Positions 55,201 to 64,000 of a DNA stretch of 64,000 nucleotides are shown piece after piece. The DNA is from Spongospora subterranea f. sp. subterranea. Its lineage: Eukaryota. The translations under genes were made by a program, and so were the position numbers. The notes beneath the pieces are model-generated. The model made no database searches. It was given only the letters and a program-made list of their open reading frames with translations, and was not told the origin of the DNA. Each line of letters opens with the position of its first letter. Position 1 is the stretch's first letter. The DNA lies in assembly GCA_049724395.1 (NCBI GenBank), contig JAUGWO010000140.1, positions 124,001 through 188,000 on the forward strand, in the 5' to 3' direction.

Positions 55201-58200
55201 GGTGTTCTAATATGCACAACGCTTCAAACTCACAATTGTTGAATTCATTGCATTTTAGGATGGTGAGCATGTTCGATTTCTTTACGGTATTGCAGCGCAA
55301 GGTCCAGTTGAGTTATGGCTGATTAAAGTTGAGAAGTCTATGCGGGAAACGCTTCGTAAACATATGCAAGAAGCAGTAATTACTGTACAAAAATCCATGT
55401 CGAAAAGAGAGAACTGGATTCGATCAACAATTGGGCAACTCTTGATCACATCAGGACAGGTACATCGGATGATTTGTCAGCTCATAGTTATTTATCCAGG
55501 ATGTAGGTTGCCTGGACGATGGAATGCACAAAAGCGCTTCAAGATCCACTTAAAGCAAGGAAAGCTTTAAAACAGCTAAGAAATAAGTGGTATAGGTAAG
55601 AAACAAGGAATCAAATTACTCAAAGTGATTGTCCTCTTTACAGATACCTAGAGCGATTGACAGTATTGATTCGAGGTGACCTTTCGTCAGTTGATCGCCT
55701 GAAGTTGGTCGCGCTGATCACGATCGAAGTTCATGCACGTGACGTCCTTGAAAAAATGTTGAAGCATGGAGTGACGTCTACTAATGAATTCCAATGGACA
55801 TCACAGCTTAGATTTTATTATGACAAAAGCGAAGGCGACTATGGTGAATGTCAAGTTCGACAAACCACCACCACGTTTGCCTATGGATACGAATATCAAG
55901 GAAACAATGGACGATTAGTCGTAACACCCTTAACGGATAGATGCTACTTAACGTTGACAACAGCGCTTCACTTGTATGGTTCAATAGCTTGTCCATTAAA
56001 TACAAGAAACCTTAGTATTTTCCCAATTTCAGACATCTGGGAGGATCTCCACAAGGACCAGCAGGAACAGGGAAAACAGAGACAGTGAAGGATCTTGGAA
56101 AAGCGCTTGGGAATTTTGTCATTGTCTTCAACTGCTCTGATGCGATGGACTATAAATCGTTAGCTACATTGTAAGGTCTAGCTCTGTCGTCGTACCTGGG
56201 CTAATACGTATCGCCTACAGGTACTCTGGTTTGGCACAAACTGGCGCCTGGGGGTGCTTTGATGAATTCAACAGAATTTTGATCGAAGTTTTGAGTGTAA
56301 TAGCTCAGCAGATCGCATCGATATTCCATGCTGTTTCCGAAAACAAGGAATATTTTTCGTTTGAAGGTGTGCAAATCAAACTGAACCGTTCTGTTGGAAT
56401 CTTTATCACTATGAACCCGGGGTAGGCGAGCATATCTTCCTAATCTTCTGGTTTTAACATCACTTTTCCTGTTAGATACGCTGGCAGGACCGAATTACCA
56501 GATAACCTCAAATCGTTATTCCGACCTGTCGCCATGATGGTTCCAGATTTTGCCCTCATTGCCGAAATTATGCTTCAAGCTGAAGGGTTCAAAGAGGCTC
56601 GTCCAATGGCTCGCAAAATTGTGACGCTGTACAACCTGATGGAACAACAGCTGTCTAAGCAAGAACATTATGATTTCGGTCTACGCGCTGTAAAATCGGT
56701 TTTGAACAGAGCCGGAGCAATATCTCGGGAAACCCAAGACGCTAATGAAGAGGTGTGCCAGATCATGGCTAATCTCGATACACTTGCTAATTTCTCGATT
56801 AGGTCGTTTTGAATCGCGCCCTTCGTGACATGAACATTCCTAAGTTCGTTGCTGAAGACACCAAATTGTTCAACGGATTGATGTTGGATCTGTTTCCTGG
56901 GCTTGATGCCCCAGTGTTCAATCAGAAATCCTTAGAAGATGCAATCAAGGTGAACACTCATTTTTTGTTTATAACTCATTCTTGACGAATGTGTTAATAT
57001 AGGAGGAATTAGTTCTGGAATCACTGCAACCTTCTCCAGCCCTCATCTATAAAATTCTCCAACTTTATGAATCTAAAAGGACAAGACACGGCAACATGGT
57101 GGTTGGAGAAACTTTATCTGGGAAAACGACAGCTTGGAAAATATTACAGCATACTCTCACCAGCCTTTCCTCACGCAATGAGCCGGGATTCAAGAAGGTG
57201 AATATACCTGAACTTATTTATAGAGGGGCTCATGCCGTTTTAGGTGGAAACATTTATAATCAATCCCAAGACAGTGGACAACAATGAATTATATGGTTCA
57301 TATGATTTGAATACTCGCGAATGGTCAGACGGAATTATAGCATCGATCCTAAGGAAATGTTGCTCCAGTGAATCCGACAGCGAGAAATGGATCGTTCTAG
57401 ATGGGCCAGTTGATACTCTATGGATTGAGTCAATGAACACCGTTCTGGATGACAACAAGATCCTAACTTTGATCAACGGAGATAGAATTGCGTTAACACC
57501 AACAATATCGCTTCTATTTGAAGTTCAGAATCTTTGCCAAGCATCTCCGGCTACAGTCTCTCGTGCCGGCATGGTATATTTTGACAAAGATGGAATCGGA
57601 TGGCAGCCTTTCATTACTAGCTGGGTGAACCGCAAAGACCCAGACCAATCTGAGCTGCTTCAAACGCTCTTCAAAACCATTGTGGCTCCATTACTCCAGT
57701 TTAAAAGTACATCTGATCTGCGAGAACTAGTGTCGATTACAGATTTCAACGCCGTGCAATCACTGACTCGCCTTTATGATGCTCTCGCTGTTCCGAGCAA
57801 CGGGGTCGAATTACCCTCTCCTTCAAACGGTAAAGACGTTTATCGATTTGCTGTTTTATCTGGGAAATCATGCGTTTTTGGAATAGCTGGAGCCGAGTTC
57901 AGCAATAGTTCGCGAGCTCGTATGATTGAGTCGTGGCTGTTATTTTCTTGTGTCTGGTCGGTCGGAGCTGCATTGGATGACGCTGGTCGCCTGAGGATCG
58001 ACGAATGGCTTCGTGAGATGGAGGCTTCGTTTCCTGGGCTCAACACTGTTTACGACTATGTCGTCGACGGCGCCAAGAAAGATTGGGTAACATGGGAAGA
58101 AAGGATGCCCAACTCTTGGTCTCCACCACCAAACGTTCCTATGTAATTTACCATAGAAATTATCGGTAATATCGGGGCTTTTACCAATAGTGTTGCAGGT

Positions 58201-61200
58201 ACTCCTTAGTGGTTCCTACTGTAGATACGGTTAGGAATGGCTTCCTTGGTACAACTCTTTTATCTACAAAGCATCCAGTTTTATTTGTGGGTGGAACCGG
58301 AACTGGAAAGACCGTGTTGGCCCATTCTCTGTTATCTGCTGTTGACGGTTCGAGGACTTTAACAATGACGTTAAATTTTTCATCGGTGACAAGCTCTTTG
58401 ATCACTCAATCGATGCTTGAAAGCAGAATGGAAAAAAGGCAGAGGAATAGTTTCGGACCTCTTAATGGACGAACAAAACTTGTTGTGTTCGTTGATGATT
58501 TGAACATGCCAACGCCTGATGCATTTGGATCTCAGCCTCCAAATGAGCTCTTAAGACAATACATCGACTGGGGAGGATGGTATGACAGATCAAAACAAAC
58601 TTTGAAAGTCATACTTGACATGCAGGTATCACACAGCATTTTGTTGAGACCTCAGTTTTGATGAGAAAATAGGTTTTCGGCGCGATGGGGCAACCAGGTG
58701 GAGGCCGTAGTGTCATCTCGTCAAGGCTTCAAAGCCGATTCAACCTTATCAACATTCCTTTTCCTAGTGATCTGCAAATCCGTCGGATATTCGGTGTGGT
58801 CATTGCCTCAAAGTTGTCAACTTTTGATGAACAAGTTAGACATATCGTTTTCCTGGTATACCATTTTTGATATCAGAACCCATTAGGTAAAGCCACTCGC
58901 GTCCATTTGCACAGATGCAACTCTAGATCTATACAAGAAGGTCGTCGATACCTTTTTGCCGATACCATCAAAACCGCATTATATGTTCAACTTACGTGAT
59001 ATGACCAAGGTGAGGTTGATAAAGGGTAGGCTGTTGACTCTCCTTTAATTTTAGTGCCAGGTTACGGAAGGTCTGTTGAGGGCCGACCAAAACCTATTTG
59101 ACACTCGAGAAAGCATAATTAGACTTTGGGTGCACGAATGCATGAGAGTATTCCATGACAGACTAATCAATCTCGCCGATAGAACAATGTTTCAAATCAT
59201 TGGTTTCTCAGCAATTAGATACATTATTTGCAACCTCATGGGGCAACCTTTTCGGAACTTCGGAAGAGGACCCTTTATTTGGAACATTTCTGTCAGAGGT
59301 ATTACGGATTTCAGCGCATTATATTGATAATAATCTCGTTCTCTTAGTCATTGCTTGACGAGCAAAACAGCAATACTTATCAAGAAATGCCAGATCGCAG
59401 CGCTGTAAAAACGTTTGTCAGCGAGAAATTAGAATTCTACAATATGTTCCCTGGAAATGCAGCAATGAACCTTGTTTTGTTTGATGACGCGGTGGAACAT
59501 ATTACACGAATTTTCAGAATTATTTCCCAGCCAAGAGGAAATGCTCTTCTGATCGGTGTTGGAGGGAGTGGAAGGCAGAGCCTCACTCGGTTGGCAGCCT
59601 ATATTGCGGAGGTAGGCATACCGTATGCCCTTTTTGTTTTAGTTGAACTTTGTGCCGATTAGGTCCCGGTTGTTCAAGTTGAAACAACTCAATCATACAG
59701 ACCGATTGATTTTAGGGAAGACTTGAAAGCATTATATCAGTTCTGCAGGTGTTAGTGGGCAACGCTCCGTTTTCTTGATGACGGACACGCAACTGGTCCA
59801 TCCTTCATTCCTTGAAGATATTAATAACATGTTAACGTCGGGGGAGATACCTAATTTGTTCCCTCCGGAAGAATTGTCTCCCATTCTTGAAGCCCTTAGG
59901 TCGACAAGCTTACTCAAAAGAAGTCAATTATCGCTAACCCCCAGCTTTAGGCCTCAGCTGTCCGATAACGCGAAATATCAGACCGACGACGGGCTGTACT
60001 CGTACTTCGTTGAACTGGTACGCCAGCGCGTGAATGTAGTGCTGTGCATGTCCCCGGTCGGTTCTGCGTTCCGTGATCGAGTTCGAATGTATCCCGCACT
60101 AGTCAACAACACGACCATCGATTATTTTGGCCCTTGGCCTGAGAAAGCGCTTCAAGAAGTCGCTTCAAAGTTTCTTGGTGACGTTGATCTGAGTTATTCA
60201 GGTAACGATGCTGCCGTACAGGTACGAGATTTTCTCCTGGTTATCGTGTAATGCGATATTCATGGCTGGTTAATATAGAAACAACTGGCAGGCATATTTT
60301 GCACTGCTCACCTGTCTGTTCAAGACAGTGCTAATCAGATGGCGCAAGAACTCCTGAGGTTTACATATGTTACACCAACCAACTACCTGGATTTGGTAAC
60401 AGGATATCGACGTTTGTTAATCGATAAGCGAGCATCACTCTGTGAATCTGCCGATAAGCTCAGAAACGGCCTTAGTAAGCTCGATGAGAGTAGAAAGCAA
60501 GTAGCAGAAATGACGGTTGAGCTTGAAGAAAAGAGAAAAATCGTTGCCCTGAAAAAAAATGATTGTGAGAAACTTTTGGTCGAAATCGTATCTCAGCAGC
60601 GGGCGGCTGACGAACAAAGAAAGCAGGTAGCAGCCATCAAAGGTTTCACCAATTAGATTACTGAAAACCTTTAGGTTGAAATCGAAGCAGCCAAGACGTC
60701 AACTGAGGAGAAGGAGTGCCAAAGTATCGCTGGCTCTGCACAATCGGACCTAGAAAAAGCGATGCCCGCCCTTGAGCGAGCAGTCGCTGCCTTGGATCGT
60801 CTTGATAAAACTGCTATCACAGAAGTCAAGTCTTATACAAAAACCTCCTCCGATTGTTGCAAGGGTAATGAGTGCGGTTATGGTTGTAATGGGGAAAGAG
60901 GTCAGTCAGAACCATTGATTTTTCGCCATTTTTATTTACCATTGCGTAAGGCGTCTTGGACAACTGCAAAAAAAGAACTCAGCGATGCAAATTTCCTGCT
61001 GCGACTCAAAACATTTGACAAAGACAACATTCCGTCTGCAACTTTGAAAAAAATTTCGAAATTTACCGCGGCGAAAGATTTTACAGCTGATAATGTTAGC
61101 AAGAAGAGTTTGGCTGCTGGCGCCATGTGTGATTGGGTCATTGCCATGGAAATTTATGCGCTTACTTTCAGAACTGTTGCACCAAAGCGAGCAGCACTCA

Positions 61201-64000
61201 AAGAGGTAATCACATATCAACGGTTCTGTCGCAGCCATAACATAATTACATCGCATTTAGGCGATGGGTTCTCTTGAAATCAAACAGAAGCAGTTACGGG
61301 TAATGCAAGAAAAGCTGACAAAAGTCAAAGAGCAAGTTGCAGCTTTAGAAGCTCGATATGAGAGTAGCGATCAAGAAAAAAGTGTACTCAGAAAAGCTGC
61401 TGAATCTTTGGAGACCAAACTCTCTCGAGCCGATAAACTTGTATCGGGGCTAGGAAGCGAGAGATCGAGATGGCAATCATCAATTACTCAACTTGATGAG
61501 CAGGTTGTTTCTACTTTATTCAATCCGACAATGTCTGAGATTCTGGCAGTTGAGCTATCTGGTTGGAGATTGCGCGATTGCAGCTGGGTTTGTATCATAC
61601 TGTGGCCCATTTGTCGGTAAATACCGAACTGGTTTGGTCAAAAAGTGGCTGGAATCAACCCATGAAGCCAAAGTCGCTTGTTCGCCTGACTTCAACGCGG
61701 CTACGTTTCTCGCTTCCCCAACGGATATAAGAGATTGGAAAATTCAGGTATCATTATCACTTTAGCAATTTGTGTACTTGAGTATTTATCTATCTAACCA
61801 TAGGGATTACCATCCGACGATTTCAGTATCGAAAACGGTCTGCTAGTTACCCGCGGTTTAAGATGGCCTCTGATGGTGCTCACATGGCATTGGCTTTTGC
61901 TGTTCTGAAACTCAACGTCTTCTTATAGGTGGACCCTCAAGGGCAAGCTAATAAGTGGGCTAAAGCGCTTCATGGGAAAACACTCAAAGTAGTTGATCCA
62001 AAGGATAAAGATCTGTCACGAACGATGGAATCATGCATACAGTTTGGAATTCCTGTTTTGATGCAAGACGTTGGCGAAAAGATCGACCCGGGGTTGGATC
62101 CTATTCTCCTCAAGCAGATTATCATAGAGAATGGGCGGAGGTAAAGTGTCAGGAACTCAGTTTAATTCTTATCTGACCTAGACCAGATTTGTTCGTTTAG
62201 GTGATAAGAAAGTGGAATATAACGACTCCTTTTTGTTTTGGATGACGACTCGGTTGCAGAATCCACATTATGCACCTGAAGTAAGTTGCAGCGATTTTTA
62301 GAGCTATCAAATTAACGTGATGTAAAGGTTTGCGCTAAATGTACTATTGTAAATTTCGCCGTGAAGGAAAAAGGGTTAGAGGAACAATTGCTAGCATTTG
62401 TTGTCAAGATTGAGCAACCAAAACTCGAGGAGGATAAAAGTGCTCTTGTCATAACTGTTGCAAATAACAAAAGAAAGCTTGTTGAACTAGAAAAAATGAA
62501 ATCCTTTCGCTTTTGAAAACAGCGTCTGGGTCTCTAGTAGACGATGAAGGATTGATTAATACGCTTCAGGTATCGAACTGTTACATTCCTTACAAAAAAC
62601 CAAATTCTGTTTCTAGGCATCAAAACGAACAAGTGAGGCCGTCAGTGAGGATCTTCGAGTTTCTGAGGAGACCGAGAAGCAAATTGATGTCAGTTTAGCG
62701 TTTTTGGCCAACTTTAAAAAATAATGCTTTATATTAGAGCGCCCGGGAATCTTATCGCCCTTGCGCGGTCAGATCAGCGATTTTGTTTTTTGTTTTGAAT
62801 GACTTGGCATCAATCGATCCCATGTATCAATTTTCTCTTGATGCATATTTTGAGCTTTTCCGTTTGTCTATCGACAAGTCTAGAAAGCCCAAAGGGACCA
62901 TCGATGTCAAAGAACGTGTGCGATCATTGAATACCTTTCATACTGACGCGGTCTATAAGTACTCATTGCGAAAAGTGTTCAAAAGCTATTGTCAATTGGT
63001 GTGCCTTTCAATATTTTAGGTACACTTGTAGAGGTCTTTTCGAAAAACACAAGCTTCTGCTCTCGTTCCAAATGTGCATTCGAAAAATGTCAGCGGAGGG
63101 AAAAATCAACAACGACGAATTTTTATTCCTTCTTCGCGGAGGTTTGTCAGCGCCTGCTTCAGAATCAACAAATCCGGCACCAGACTGGATTTCAAACTAT
63201 TCTTGGGATCAGGTATAGTATATTGGCATTATGGTTAACAAAGCATAATGTTTTTGTTTAGGTTCAAGCCTTAAATGAATTCTCCCCTTTATTCAATAAT
63301 CTATCTAGCAGTCTCGAACAAAACCATCGCGGATGGAAGCAATGGGCCAGAGCTGAATGCCCAGAAACGGCCCCGTTCCCTGGGGAATGGCAAGCGAAGC
63401 TCGACGATTTGCAACGAATGATTCTTTTGAAAATTTTCCGTCCGGATCGAGTCATCCATTCCGCAAGGCGGTAAACTGATCATTAATATTGTCAGTATGC
63501 GAACTAAGATTTGGTGTTTTCAGGTTTGTATCCAAGAACTTGGGACCGTCGTTCGTGGAACCTCCGCCTATGGATTTGGCGCAAGTATTTGCAGATTCGA
63601 ATTCAACAACACCGATTGTCTTTGTTTTATCCCCGGGAGTGGATCCTACAGCCATGTTAAGGTCACTTGCTGTCCAAGCAGATCGCCAGGTCAGATTATT
63701 GACGCTCTCCATTGTGTCGCATCGAATGATACTGGAAATAGGTGGAAGAAATTTCGTTAGGACAAGGGCAAGAAGCTCCAGCACAACGACTATTAGCTGC
63801 CGGTATAGCTCGCGGGTTTTGGGTGTTCTTCGCCAATTGCCATCTTTCTATCTCATGGATGCCGGAACTGGAATCACTGATTGATTCTTACTGTTCTGGG
63901 GAAGTTCATCCGAACTTCAGACTTTGGCTGTCAAGTGACCCTGTAAAGCGATAGTAATCTGGGCTTGGGGCCATTATCTGATCGATTCATTTACAGCACC
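49284..64000 (+). CDS. DNAH2: Axonemal dynein heavy chain, DNAH2 / inner-arm I1(f) beta-like; 3'-partial
   Basis: [49 protein letters not shown]-loops [33 protein letters not shown]; stalk region; many introns. Subtype less certain than family. Confidence 0.92.

Overview
Gene-dense eukaryotic DNA with many short (~40-75 bp) GT-AG introns. An axonemal dynein indicates a flagellated protist; the style suggests a plasmodiophorid/rhizarian, but this cannot be confirmed from the window. Recognisable genes: a Urc1(GTP cyclohydrolase II-like)-Urc4(DUF1688) fusion, a Dbp2/DDX5-type helicase with a GW/WG-repeat N-terminus, EMC5, RRP41, a kinesin with an IQ motif, an SDR, PCNA, QDPR, an AstE/AspA-family enzyme, RPT2, DCC1, RAN, an LMBR1-family protein and a DNAH2-like dynein running off the right edge, plus several hypothetical genes. 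Non-genic content: a decayed two-ORF PIF/Harbinger element, a pogo-like remnant, two higher-order minisatellites, a perfect 34-bp palindrome and a 308-nt intergenic foldback (26498-26805). The best candidates for an undescribed system concern small RNAs: the pre-miRNA/hairpin-RNA-like foldback and the Argonaute-hook-like helicase. Small frameshifting indels in essential genes are probably assembly errors. All family calls come from motif recognition by eye, not database searches.
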